Assembly (NCBI GenBank): GCA_964447745.1
Contig: CAYUTV010000001.1
Span: forward strand, 20,356-67,525
Direction: 5' to 3'
Length of the DNA stretch: 47,170 bases
DNA from: an uncultured Planctomycetia bacterium
GTDB taxonomy: Bacteria > Omnitrophota > Gorgyraeia > 2-02-FULL-51-18
Below, in pieces: positions 9,462 through 18,608 of the stretch. Under the pieces are notes generated by a model. That model saw only the letters and a list, made by a program, of their open reading frames with translations, was not told the origin of the DNA and did not search any database. The number at the start of each line of letters is the position of its first letter. Positions within the stretch are counted from its first letter, which is position 1. The translations under genes were made by a program, and so were the position numbers.

Positions 9462-10669
9462 GAGGACAATCCCTTCAGCGCGCGAATCAACGATTCCACG
9501 TCTTCTTCGGAATGGGCCGCAGAAACGGAGATGCGCAAACGATCCGTGTGCTTCGGAACCGTCGGCGGACGGATGGCCACCACACAGTGGCCTTTGCTCC
9601 TTAGATAATCCTGAGCTCTCACGGCTGCTGCGGTATTCTTCATTTTTACAGGAATGATAGGCCCTTCGGAGCCCATCAGGTCAAATCCCATATCCGCCAG
9701 GGCCGCGCGAAGACGCGTCGTGTTTTTCCAGAGAGTCTGTCTGAGAGACGGATTGGCGCGCAACACTCGCACAGCCGCCAAAGCGGCGGCCGAAGCTACC
9801 GGTGAAGGTGCGGTAGTATAGATGAATTGGCGCGCACGGTTCACAAGATAGTTCTTCATCGCTTGAGAGCCGCACACATACCCTCCGACACTGCCCAGCA
9901 TTTTGCTGAGAGTTCCCATTACAAAATCAATCTTACCCTGCAATCCAAAATACTCGGTGAGACCCGCGCCCGTATCGCCAAATACCCCCATGGAATGTGC
10001 TTCATCGACCAAGAGATAGCTGTCGGTTTCTTTGCAGATGCGCACCAAGTCCGGCAACGGCGCCAAATCTCCGTCCATACTAAAGTAGGCGTCGGTAATC
10101 ACGAGTTTTTTGCCGAAACCCGAGGCCTTAAGAAGCAAGCGTCTGAGCTCCTCCATGTCCTTATGAGGATAAACCCAGAGCTTGGCCTTGGATAATTTTG
10201 CGGCATCGATGAGACTCGCGTGATTAAAGCGATCCACCAACACCAGGTCTTTTTCTGATAAAAAAGCGCTCACGGCACCCAAATTGGCGAGATACCCGGA
10301 CGAGAAAACAATCGTGTCCTGTTCCTTTTTAAAAAGGGCTAGCTCTCTCTCGAGATCTCTGTGCACCTCGAGATCACCCGTGATCAATCGGGATGCGCCG
10401 CTTCCGGCTCCCCAAAGATCCAGAGCCGCATGAGCGGCGGCGATCACATCCGGGTGATGAGTTAATCCCAGGTAATTATTCGAAGAAAAATTGACGAGGT
10501 CCTGACCGTTCAGCGTCAACCTTGCCGGCATTGTCCGCGTGACCGGTTTTAAAACACGCAGCAAATCCCTGTCTTCAAGGTCGTTCAGAGGAAAAACTGC
10601 TTCAGGGGCAGGCACAGCCGTGTGAGGCCACAGACTCGGGTTTAGGGGCTGTTTGGGGTCCCGTGACAT
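9458..10669 (-). CDS. bioF: 8-amino-7-oxononanoate synthase
   Basis: NFSSNNYLGL and the GTLSKMLGSVGGY PLP-lysine motif. The track start overlaps bioB by 68 nt. An in-frame GTG about 10 nt upstream of the bioB stop (near 10613-10615) would give a more typical N-terminus, so the start is uncertain. Confidence 0.88.
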   Translation of the reverse strand: MSRDPKQPLNPSLWPHTAVPAPEAVFPLNDLEDRDLLRVLKPVTRTMPARLTLNGQDLVNFSSNNYLGLTHHPDVIAAAHAALDLWGAGSGASRLITGDLEVHRDLERELALFKKEQDTIVFSSGYLANLGAVSAFLSEKDLVLVDRFNHASLIDAAKLSKAKLWVYPHKDMEELRRLLLKASGFGKKLVITDAYFSMDGDLAPLPDLVRICKETDSYLLVDEAHSMGVFGDTGAGLTEYFGLQGKIDFVMGTLSKMLGSVGGYVCGSQAMKNYLVNRARQFIYTTAPSPVASAAALAAVRVLRANPSLRQTLWKNTTRLRAALADMGFDLMGSEGPIIPVKMKNTAAAVRAQDYLRSKGHCVVAIRPPTVPKHTDRLRISVSAAHSEEDVESLIRALKGLSS

Positions 10670-11636
10670 GAAAGCCCAGGTCTTTGAGCATTTGGATGTC
10701 CTGCCCGGGGTTACGGCCCATGGTGGTCAGATAATTGCCGATAATGAGGCCGTTGGCGCCGGCGGCCATGGCCATCGCTTGAAGGTCGCGGAGATTAACT
10801 TCGCGGCCACCCGCGATTTTTAACGTGCTGGTCGGCAAAATCAACCGGAAAAGCGCGATGTACTTGATGATCTCCATAGGCTGAAGACTCTCGACATCTC
10901 CCAGCGGCGTGCCGCGCCGCGGATTTAAAATATTGATGGGCACGCAGTGAGCGTTGAGTTTTTTCAGCTCAAACGCGAGATCAATGCGGTCCTTCGGTGA
11001 TTCCCCCATCCCCAGGATTCCTCCGGAGCAAGGGTGAATCCCGTAATGACGCACCATCTCCACATGGTTCACTCTGTCTTCATGCTTATGAGTCGTGCAA
11101 ATTTTATCAAAGAATCCCTTGGAGGCCTCAAGGTTATGGTTGTTACGGTACAAGCCGGCTTCCTTCAACCGCTTCATTTGATCGGCGTTCATAAACCCCA
11201 ACGATACATCGGCGTACATTTTAGTTTCTGTGGAAATTCTGCGTACGGCCTCCACCACCACCTCAAATTCCCGCTCGTTGGTCGCGCCCCAGCCGCTAGA
11301 GACCATGCAGAATTCGTTGGCTCCCATTTTTTCGGCGGCCTTCGCCTGGGCCATAATCTCTTCGACCGTGACCTGGGGATAAACGGGGCTGTCGGTTTTA
11401 TAGTGGCCGGACTGACTGCAAAATTTGCAGTCTTCGCTGCAATTGCCGCTTTTGATATTGGATAGTGCGCAGGATTCGATGGCATTGCCCACAAACTTCT
11501 CGCGGACCTCATTGGCCGCCGAGGCCAGGTAAGGGATATCAGTTCCGGCGGTCCCGGTGAGAGCGATCGCATCCTCATAAGAAATGGGATGCCCCTGCAA
11601 AACCTCTTCGCGGACCTTCAGAATCAATGAAAGCAT
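10602..11636 (-). CDS. bioB: Biotin synthase (radical SAM)
   Basis: 344 aa with the CSEDCKFCSQS CxxxCxxC cluster motif and a BioB-like N-terminus. Confidence 0.9.
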   Translation of the reverse strand: MLSLILKVREEVLQGHPISYEDAIALTGTAGTDIPYLASAANEVREKFVGNAIESCALSNIKSGNCSEDCKFCSQSGHYKTDSPVYPQVTVEEIMAQAKAAEKMGANEFCMVSSGWGATNEREFEVVVEAVRRISTETKMYADVSLGFMNADQMKRLKEAGLYRNNHNLEASKGFFDKICTTHKHEDRVNHVEMVRHYGIHPCSGGILGMGESPKDRIDLAFELKKLNAHCVPINILNPRRGTPLGDVESLQPMEIIKYIALFRLILPTSTLKIAGGREVNLRDLQAMAMAAGANGLIIGNYLTTMGRNPGQDIQMLKDLGFHVTGPQTAPKPESVASHGCACP

Positions 11637-11642
11637 TGGAGT

Positions 11643-11672
11643 AGTATACTGCGTCTAATTTTTAATTGTCAA
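11643..11672 (-). promoter_or_regulatory. Candidate sigma70 promoter immediately upstream of bioB
   Basis: Minus strand: TTGACA (11672-11667), 18 nt spacer, TATACT (11648-11643). Only 6 nt separate it from the bioB ATG, and there is no Shine-Dalgarno sequence. Confidence 0.35.
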
Positions 11673-11705
11673 CTGATGAAACAGATTTGGTTTACGTAGT
11701 ATGCT

Positions 11706-12086
11706 TCAGTTTGGCATCGCCCCGCCATTGGAAGGCGGAAGTGCCGTCGGAGGGGGTTCGTTTGTGGTCTTCTTCTTCTCACGATATCGCCGCATATACT
11801 CTTTCATGTACTGGCGGTATTCCACGCTGTGGTTCTCTCGGTAGGCGCGGACTTTCTCGGGGTTTTTCTCACGCCACTGCTTGGAACGGCGGCGCTGGGC
11901 CTCAAGCCAAACCATACCCTTGGATTCGTCGTATTTAAAATAATTGGGGTTTCTCTCGCGCCACTGACGCATGCTGTCCAGCTGACGCTTCTTCTGGCAC
12001 TCCGCGCCGGCGCAGATCTTCTGTCTCGGGGAATACTTGTTTGGCGTGAATATCGCTTTGCAATAAATACAGACTTTAGAGTCCAT
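11706..12086 (-). CDS. Hypothetical basic zinc-ribbon protein (126 aa)
   Basis: N-terminal CxxC-x15-CxxxxC (CIYC..CAGAEC), followed by a repeated basic helix motif (RQWRERNPNYF / KQWREKNPEKV). I recognise no family. Confidence 0.45.
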   Translation of the reverse strand: MDSKVCIYCKAIFTPNKYSPRQKICAGAECQKKRQLDSMRQWRERNPNYFKYDESKGMVWLEAQRRRSKQWREKNPEKVRAYRENHSVEYRQYMKEYMRRYREKKKTTNEPPPTALPPSNGGAMPN

Positions 12087-12096
12087 AGATCAGGCC

Positions 12097-13323
12097 TCAG
12101 ACGCTGATGAAATAATTCTGCGCCACCAATGCCGCGGCGCCCAAAGGAACTCCGTTTTCGCCCAGCTGCGAAGGAATAATTCTTAATTTTTCGGTGGCCT
12201 CGGGAATCGCAATCAGGCGGATGGTTTCGCGCAGTGAATCAAAAAACGGCGTTCCGCCCACTTCGATACCGCCACCGATGATGAGGATTTCAGGATTGAA
12301 TAAGTTGACGAGAAAAGCGGCCTTGCGTCCAAGAGCTACGCCCGCTTCTTTTAAGAGACGGATCGCGAACGCGTCGCCGGATTCCGCGGCCTTGACGACG
12401 GTCATAATCGTGACTTTTTTGATGTCGTTATCCACCAACTGATAAATTTTTGAGCCGGGGTTATCCTTCTTACCGCCCTGGGCGCGAAGAGCGATACCCA
12501 TATCCATACTCCAGGTCCCGGATTTATACGATTCCACGACGGCCGGCATCGGATTTTGTTCATTGATATCGAATAGCCATTCCCCCGCACAACCGTTGGC
12601 GCCGCGATAGATCTGGCCGTTAATCATAAAACCGCAGCCGTTGCCTGAATACAGATAAATGGCGTGTTGAACCCCCAGACCCTTACCGAACCACTCTTCT
12701 CCGAAAACAGCCGCATTGGCATCGTTATCCACCAACGTCGGAATGCCGAATCTTTCCTCAAAGATTCCGTGAATTGAAACAGAAATCGCCAAATCTTCCT
12801 CCAGGAGACCAATCGGCCAACGAACACTGCTGGTGTCTCGGTTAAATATTCCCGGAATACCTATGCCGATGCCGTGAACTTTACCGGTGTCGACTTTGGA
12901 CTTATCGATGAGCTCCTGAACCAGATCTGTCATAGAACGAACTAGCGCCTCGCCGGCCTGCAACGGGCGCTCTTTCTTCACGCTAAAAATAATTTCACCT
13001 TTGAGATTGCACAGAAGCGCAATCATGTCGACGACATTTAAACCCACGCCGATCACATACACGGCCTGAGGATTGAGATCCACGAGCGTGGGCTTGCGTC
13101 CCCCACTGGAGACATCGATGCCGGCCTCTTTAATAACGCTCTTCTTGATGTACTGATCCACGTAGCTCGTGACGGTGACAATATTCAAACCGATCAGTCG
13201 GGAGATTTCGGCGCGCGCGATGGGGCCTTTCTTGCGAATGGTGTCGAGGATTTGGAGATTCTTCTTCTCGTGATCGTTCAGCTCTATCTGATCAAGAAGG
13301 CGGCGTCGTGTCGCGATGGCCAT
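12097..13323 (-). CDS. ROK-family transcriptional regulator (wHTH + ROK sugar-kinase-like domain)
   Basis: 408 aa. N-terminal HTH (ILDTIRKKGPIARAEISRLIGLNIVTVTSYV). ROK motifs GIGIGIPG, DNDANAAVFGE and GCAGEW. I did not see the canonical CxCGxxGC zinc motif. Confidence 0.8.
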   Translation of the reverse strand: MAIATRRRLLDQIELNDHEKKNLQILDTIRKKGPIARAEISRLIGLNIVTVTSYVDQYIKKSVIKEAGIDVSSGGRKPTLVDLNPQAVYVIGVGLNVVDMIALLCNLKGEIIFSVKKERPLQAGEALVRSMTDLVQELIDKSKVDTGKVHGIGIGIPGIFNRDTSSVRWPIGLLEEDLAISVSIHGIFEERFGIPTLVDNDANAAVFGEEWFGKGLGVQHAIYLYSGNGCGFMINGQIYRGANGCAGEWLFDINEQNPMPAVVESYKSGTWSMDMGIALRAQGGKKDNPGSKIYQLVDNDIKKVTIMTVVKAAESGDAFAIRLLKEAGVALGRKAAFLVNLFNPEILIIGGGIEVGGTPFFDSLRETIRLIAIPEATEKLRIIPSQLGENGVPLGAAALVAQNYFISV

Positions 13324-13329
13324 AACCGG

Positions 13330-14559
13330 TTAAACCTCCGCAAAAAGCTCTTGGGTGACGAGACAAACGGAGCCGTAGGCCACCGCATCTTCCCCGAGGC
13401 GGGACAGAATGATCTTAACGATTCCCGAGGCCTCTTCCATGACGAGCTGCTTCACTACGCGGCGCACCACATTTAGAACAAGCTCTCCGCCCTGTTCGAT
13501 TCCTCCACCAAGAACAATGACTTCGGGGTTAAAAAAGTTGGTCAAATAGGCCACCTTCAGACCGAGGCGCGTGCTGGCTTCCTCGACGATGGTAACCGCC
13601 ACGGGATCCTGCCGCTTAGCTGCGTCAAAGATATGCGTAAGCGTGATATGCTCGGGGTTTTTCCCGGCCAAATCGAGAATCTTGGATTTGCCGCCGTCTT
13701 TCTTAACGGCCTCTTTGGCGCGGCGAATCATTCCAAGATCCAAACCTTCTGACTTAAAGAAATCTGTTTTCTCCACCCAAGGCTCAAGAGCCAGGCCTTC
13801 ACGGTTGTCAATGTTCAGCTGAAGCTCGCCCGCGCTCCAACTGGAACCCCAGAACAAATCATTGTTCGCGATGACGCCGCTGCCGACGTCAGAATAAAAA
13901 TAAAGGACATTTTCGTCGTCGATACGAAGACTGAGTTTCTTTTCGGCCAAAGCGGCCAAGCTCGCGTCGTTCCCCACGGAAACCGGCACCTTGAATTCTT
14001 TTTCCAGGATCGCCTTCGCGGTGGAGTAACTGCCGACCGTTTTACCGCGGGCATTATCCGTATCACGGATCGTTCCGGCGCCACGATCGATGACTCCCGA
14101 GATTCCCAAGCCGATTCCCTTGATCTTTTCATTCGGAACGCCGGACTCCTTGATCACGTTGCGGACGAGCTTTACGGCTTCCGCGATCACGACTTCCATG
14201 TGACCTTCGGGTCTTTTAATCTTTTGTTTGAATATGATGGTGGGATTTAAATTGGTGACGATCGCGAGGATATGTTCGGGGCCGATTTCGACGCCGACCA
14301 GATTTCCCCATTCAGCGTTCAGCTCGATCAGCTCCGGACGGCGGCCGCCGCTCGAGATGTCCAAGCCCTTTTCGGCGACCAGCTTTTGGTCAATATAATG
14401 CTCTACGTAGTTCGAGACCGTAACGATATTAAACTGAGTGATTCGGGAAATGTCCGTTTTGGCGATGGGGCCGTTTCTGCGAATGACATCCAACAGAATG
14501 ATGTTTTTCCGTTCTCTGTCAGTCAAATAATCGTTCTTGTAAAGCGATCTATAAGCCAT
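13330..14559 (-). CDS. ROK-family transcriptional regulator, paralog of 12097-13323
   Basis: 409 aa with the same architecture (LLDVIRRNGPIAKTDISRITQFNIVTVSNYV; GIGLGISG; GNDASLAALAE; SAGE). Confidence 0.8.
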   Translation of the reverse strand: MAYRSLYKNDYLTDRERKNIILLDVIRRNGPIAKTDISRITQFNIVTVSNYVEHYIDQKLVAEKGLDISSGGRRPELIELNAEWGNLVGVEIGPEHILAIVTNLNPTIIFKQKIKRPEGHMEVVIAEAVKLVRNVIKESGVPNEKIKGIGLGISGVIDRGAGTIRDTDNARGKTVGSYSTAKAILEKEFKVPVSVGNDASLAALAEKKLSLRIDDENVLYFYSDVGSGVIANNDLFWGSSWSAGELQLNIDNREGLALEPWVEKTDFFKSEGLDLGMIRRAKEAVKKDGGKSKILDLAGKNPEHITLTHIFDAAKRQDPVAVTIVEEASTRLGLKVAYLTNFFNPEVIVLGGGIEQGGELVLNVVRRVVKQLVMEEASGIVKIILSRLGEDAVAYGSVCLVTQELFAEV

Positions 14560-14602
14560 GGTTCCCTTCTATAATAAATGATGAATCCAGGTAACTCGCT
14601 GT

Positions 14603-14631
14603 ACTATACCGATTTGGATTACAAATTTCAA
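14603..14631 (-). promoter_or_regulatory. Candidate sigma70 promoter for the ROK regulator pair
   Basis: Minus strand: TTGAAA (14631-14626), 17 nt spacer, TATAGT (14608-14603). GAAGGGA precedes the ATG at 14559. Confidence 0.4.
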
Positions 14632-14690
14632 TAAAGAAACGATTCACAGACATTTACAAAACGTTAATGAACCTTTTAATAATGAGCCCG

Positions 14691-14750
14691 AAAAAATTCC
14701 TCGCCCCTCTCGCTTAACAGTTTTGGGTGTTAGGCGATAAGGGCGAGGGC
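14691..14750 (-). terminator. Rho-independent terminator after glnN (looks bidirectional)
   Basis: Minus-strand RNA: CCUCGCCCUUAUCGCCUAAC, 10-nt loop, GUUAAGCGAGAGGGGCGAGG (20 positions, 2 mismatches, 1 G.U), followed by AAUUUUUUCGGG. The plus-strand version is followed by GCGTTTTTT. Confidence 0.6.
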
Positions 14751-14755
14751 GTTTT

Positions 14756-16930
14756 TTAGAGTTTAAACAGCATTTCCGCGTAGGACGGAACCGGCCAAAT
14801 ATTCGCCGGAGTGATGCTCTCAAGCGCATCGATATCCGCACGGAGATCCGCCTGTGCCGTGAATACCTTGTCACGGTACGCGATGGCTTTTTGCTTCACA
14901 TTCTCGAGATCCTGCGCCTTTTTCAGCTGCGCCTCAAGAACGGTGAGCTTCTTATTGGCAGACTCAAGCAGATCAGTGACGTTGGACAGAAGTTGCTTCT
15001 GCACCACGCTCGTGGACCCGGCCGTTTTTTGCTTGGCGATGGATTCGGCGAGGTTATCCGCAAAACGGATGACCGCGGGAATATACTGCTTACTCACCAT
15101 ATCAACCGCGCAACGCGCTTCGATATTGATGTGCTTCGCATACTGCTCGAGATAGATCTCATAGCGTGAGTGCAGTTCCTTCTCGGAAAGCACCTTGTAC
15201 TTTTCGAACAGCGCTACGGCTTCGTGCGTCGCCATTTCAGCCAACGCGTCGACGGTGGAACTGATATTGGGAAGACCCCGCTTCTTGGCTTCCTTTACCC
15301 ATTCCGCAGAATAACCGTTGCCGTTGAAAATCACACGGCCGTGCTTGTTAACTGTTTCCTTAATGATGGCCGCCGCTTCTTTATTCACGTCTTTGGCCTT
15401 TTCGAGGCGGGTCGCGAATTTATCCAGCGATTCTGCCACAATCGTGTTCAGGATCGTGTTCGGACCGGCAATGGAAGCAGAAGAAGGCACCATGCGGAAC
15501 TCGAACTTATTACCCGTGAACGCGAACGGAGACGTTCTGTTACGGTCGGTGTTGTCCTTGGGAAGCTTCGGTAAGGAGTCGACGCCGATGTGCAGATAAT
15601 GTTGACCTTTACCTGAGGCCTTCTTGCCCTTTGCGAGGTCAAAAAGAATATCGGAGAGTTCCTCACCCATAAAGATGGAGATGATCGCCGGAGGCGCTTC
15701 ATTGGCACCCAAACGAAGATCGTTTCCGGGGTTAGCCGCACCGGCTCTGAGTTTGCCGGCGTGCAAATCCACGGCCGCGATTACCGCGCTCAAGAAGACG
15801 AGGAACTGCTCGTTATCATGCGGTGTCTTACCGGGTTCCAGGAGATTCTGACCGTCATCGGTGGCGAGGGACCAGTTGTTATGCTTACCGGAACCGTTCA
15901 CGCCCGCAAACGGCTTTTCATAGAGAAGGCAAACAAGGTCATGTCTCAATGCGACGCGCTGCATTGTTTCCATGACAAGCTGGTTGTGATCCGTGGCCAC
16001 GTTGGTCGTCGAAAAGATCGGCGCCATTTCATATTGCGCAGGGGCCACTTCGTTGTGTTTTGTTTTTGAAAGCACGCCCATTTTCCAAAGCTCCACATCC
16101 AGATCTCTCATGAACGCGGAGATTCTATCCTTGATGGCGCCGAAGTATTGATCTTCCAGTTCCTGACCCTTGGGAGCCGATGCTCCGAAAAGTGTTCTGC
16201 CGGTGGAAATAAGGTCAAGGCGCTTGTCGTAGTACTTTTTGTCGATAAGGAAATATTCCTGCTCAGGTCCAACCGTGGCTGTAACACGAGTGGCCACGCG
16301 ATTGCCGAGGGCTCTCAACACGCGGATCGCCTGCTTGGAGACGGCTTCCATGGAACGCAAAAGCGGGGTCTTTTTATCCAGCGTTTCGCCGGTGTAAGAA
16401 CAAAAGGCGGTAGGAATCGTTAACGTGACATTGCCCTGCCCGTCTTCCTTTAAGAATGCGGAAGAGGTGCAATCCCAGGCGGTATAACCGCGCGCTTCGA
16501 ACGTCGCACGCAATCCGCCGCTTGGAAACGAGGACGCATCCGGCTCGCCCTGAATCAGCTGCTTGCCAGAAAATTCCATCACCACGCCGCCATCAGAAGT
16601 AGGCGAAATAAAAGAGTCGTGCTTTTCGGCTGTTTTGCCGGTCAGGGGCTGAAACCAATGCGTATAGTGCGTCGCGCCCTTTTCAATCGCCCAATCCTTC
16701 ATGGCATTGGCAACGACATTGGCCACTTCCACCGTCAAAGGAGCGCCGGTTTCGATGGTCTCTCTCAATGCTCTATAAGTATCTTTCGGAAGGCGTTCCT
16801 TCATGACTTTGTCGCTGAAGACATTGCTTCCAAAAATTTTTGTCACGCTATCGGTCTTGCGCGTGTTCTTTGAATTACCGTTGCTGTTTGAAGCGATCAT
16901 TTGTTGAAACTCCTGCACGCCTGACGACAT
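14756..16930 (-). CDS. glnN: Glutamine synthetase type III
   Basis: 724 aa, the length class of GSIII. The N-terminus ([30 protein letters not shown]) and the [11 protein letters not shown] catalytic region are GSIII-like. Confidence 0.88.
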   Translation of the reverse strand: MSSGVQEFQQMIASNSNGNSKNTRKTDSVTKIFGSNVFSDKVMKERLPKDTYRALRETIETGAPLTVEVANVVANAMKDWAIEKGATHYTHWFQPLTGKTAEKHDSFISPTSDGGVVMEFSGKQLIQGEPDASSFPSGGLRATFEARGYTAWDCTSSAFLKEDGQGNVTLTIPTAFCSYTGETLDKKTPLLRSMEAVSKQAIRVLRALGNRVATRVTATVGPEQEYFLIDKKYYDKRLDLISTGRTLFGASAPKGQELEDQYFGAIKDRISAFMRDLDVELWKMGVLSKTKHNEVAPAQYEMAPIFSTTNVATDHNQLVMETMQRVALRHDLVCLLYEKPFAGVNGSGKHNNWSLATDDGQNLLEPGKTPHDNEQFLVFLSAVIAAVDLHAGKLRAGAANPGNDLRLGANEAPPAIISIFMGEELSDILFDLAKGKKASGKGQHYLHIGVDSLPKLPKDNTDRNRTSPFAFTGNKFEFRMVPSSASIAGPNTILNTIVAESLDKFATRLEKAKDVNKEAAAIIKETVNKHGRVIFNGNGYSAEWVKEAKKRGLPNISSTVDALAEMATHEAVALFEKYKVLSEKELHSRYEIYLEQYAKHINIEARCAVDMVSKQYIPAVIRFADNLAESIAKQKTAGSTSVVQKQLLSNVTDLLESANKKLTVLEAQLKKAQDLENVKQKAIAYRDKVFTAQADLRADIDALESITPANIWPVPSYAEMLFKL

Positions 16931-16996
16931 AGTGGCTCCTTTGTGTTTAAAATTTGGCGGTCATAATTCAGAGAGTTCATAAGAGGAATGCCGACT

Positions 16997-17025
16997 AACT
17001 TACTGCAGTTGCCGCGAACTGTCAA
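16997..17025 (-). promoter_or_regulatory. Candidate sigma70 promoter for glnN
   Basis: Minus strand: TTGACA (17025-17020), 17 nt spacer, TAAGTT (17002-16997). This predicts a ~58-nt leader ending in AAGGAG before the ATG. Confidence 0.4.
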
Positions 17026-17179
17026 GTAGGAGAAGTGCTGTCTTTACCCAAATCTATGAACAAGGTAAGTTTAATCGATACAAATAACGGGCTATTTTCG
17101 GAATTGTTAAGAACATGTTACGGAAATTTGACGGAACTGGTGATTGCTTCGAAGCATTGTTAATTCCTGATAGTTTCTG

Positions 17180-17953
17180 TTAAATATCGAGGATGATTCC
17201 GACCGGACAGTGATCCGACCCTGTAACATTCGGATAAATGAACGCCTCCTGAAGAGAGGTTCGTAGGCTTTCGCTGATGAAATGATAATCGATACGCCAA
17301 CCGATGTTGCGTGCCCGCGCGCCGGTGCGCATATCCCACCAACTATACTGTTCCGTTTTTTCGGGATACAGAAGACGGAACGTGTCGATAAAACCCTTCT
17401 GAACCAATTTGTCCATCCAAGCGCGCTCGATCGGAAGAAATCCCGACACGTCCTCGTTTTCCTTCGGTCTGGCAAGATCAATAGGTTTGTGAGCGGTGTT
17501 ATAATCTCCGCAAATGACGAGACGTTTTCCCGCCTTTTGAAGACGCATAAAATATTTGAGCGCTTCCTCATAAAAATCCATTTTGTACTGAAGCCGCTCT
17601 TCGCTCATTTTGCCGTTCGGGAAATAAATGTTTAGAAGTGTAAAATCTTTGAAAACTGTTTCCAGTACGCGCCCTTCACTATCAAAGGCTTCAATTCCAA
17701 AACCCCTCTTCTCTTCGACGGGTTTTATCCTGCTCAACGTCGCCACTCCGCTGTAGCCCAAGCGTTGTGCGGCATTCCATCCGATCGAATAATCCGTGTG
17801 ATGCAGTAACTCGGGAGGAACTTGGGTGGGCAATGCTTTGACTTCCTGCAGACACAAAACATCGGGTGCCTCGGCCTTCAGCCAATCGAGAAACCCTTTT
17901 TTTAAAACGGCACGCACACCGTTAACGTTCCAGGAAATGATTTTAACGCGCAT
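17180..17953 (-). CDS. xth: Exodeoxyribonuclease III
   Basis: 257 aa with IISWNVNGVRA, LCLQEVK and SDHCPV motifs of the ExoIII/AP-endonuclease family. Confidence 0.9.
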   Translation of the reverse strand: MRVKIISWNVNGVRAVLKKGFLDWLKAEAPDVLCLQEVKALPTQVPPELLHHTDYSIGWNAAQRLGYSGVATLSRIKPVEEKRGFGIEAFDSEGRVLETVFKDFTLLNIYFPNGKMSEERLQYKMDFYEEALKYFMRLQKAGKRLVICGDYNTAHKPIDLARPKENEDVSGFLPIERAWMDKLVQKGFIDTFRLLYPEKTEQYSWWDMRTGARARNIGWRIDYHFISESLRTSLQEAFIYPNVTGSDHCPVGIILDI

Positions 17954-17957
17954 TCGG

Positions 17958-18551
17958 TCAGTCTCTGAGCGCTTTAAGAAGAGCCTTGTAATTCGAGGCG
18001 AGTTTGAACTGCGGGTATTCTTTGATGATATTCTTCGGTGCGTTAAACAGGATGCCGCGGTCAGCCGCTTTTAGCATCGAGATATCATTATACGAATCGC
18101 CGGCGGCGCGCACGGATGCGCCCAGTTGCTTCAGGGCTTGTACGGCTTTTTGCTTTCCGTTGTCCTGCCGAAGCACGTAGTCCGAAATGTACCCCGCCCT
18201 GTCGATTTCCAGCGTATTGCAAAAGAGTGTGGGCCTGCCCAATTTTTCCATTAAAGGCATGGCAAATTCATAAAAAGTATCGGAGAGAATAATGACCTGC
18301 CGGGTGCGACGCAGTTCATCGAGGAAGGCCTTGGCGCCGGGAAGAGGCTGTAAACGGGAAATTACTTTTTGGATGTCCTTTAGCTTGATGTTCTCGTGGC
18401 GAATGATGCGCAAGCGCTGACGCATCAAAACATCGTAGTCGGAAATGTCTCTGGTGGTGAGGCGCAGCTCTTTAATGCCCGTCTTTTTGGCGACGTTGAT
18501 CCAGATTTCCGGAACCAGAACACCCTCTAAATCCAAACAACAAATATGCAT
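17958..18551 (-). CDS. thrH: Phosphoserine phosphatase / homoserine phosphotransferase ThrH-like HAD hydrolase
   Basis: 197 aa. CLDLEGVLVPEIWI..TTRDISDYDVLMRQRLRI..ILSDTFYEF..AAGDSYND closely parallels Pseudomonas ThrH as I recall it. Confidence 0.75.
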   Translation of the reverse strand: MHICCLDLEGVLVPEIWINVAKKTGIKELRLTTRDISDYDVLMRQRLRIIRHENIKLKDIQKVISRLQPLPGAKAFLDELRRTRQVIILSDTFYEFAMPLMEKLGRPTLFCNTLEIDRAGYISDYVLRQDNGKQKAVQALKQLGASVRAAGDSYNDISMLKAADRGILFNAPKNIIKEYPQFKLASNYKALLKALRD

Positions 18552-18608
18552 CGATTATTCCCTCTTCAGAGAAATCATTATGACATTCTATGGATTTTTT
18601 TCCAGCAT

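Noticed and set aside
10602-10669. Two 68-nt gene overlaps appear in the track: bioB/bioF at 10602-10669 and Nudix/M48 at 43173-43240.
   Set aside because: The most likely explanation is the track taking the most upstream ATG/GTG/TTG. Plausible internal starts exist: a GTG about 10 nt upstream of the bioB stop for bioF, and ATG 43228 or later for the M48 gene. The identical length looks coincidental and does not point to programmed frameshifting.
17145-17156. A perfect 12-bp palindrome, TGCTTCGAAGCA, lies between the xth stop and the glnN promoter.
   Set aside because: It has no loop, so it is a poor terminator. It lies ~120 bp upstream of the candidate -35. It occurs only once, and a 12-bp palindrome alone is weak evidence for an operator.
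16931-17179. The 249-nt glnN upstream region could hold a tRNA, a glutamine riboswitch or a sigma54/NtrC promoter.
   Set aside because: I found no T-loop (GGTTCGAATCC-like) or cloverleaf, no recognisable glnA-RNA motif and no TGGCAC-N5-TTGC element on either strand. A TTGACA-17-TAAGTT sigma70-type promoter explains the region. A covariance-model search would be needed to exclude small RNAs fully.
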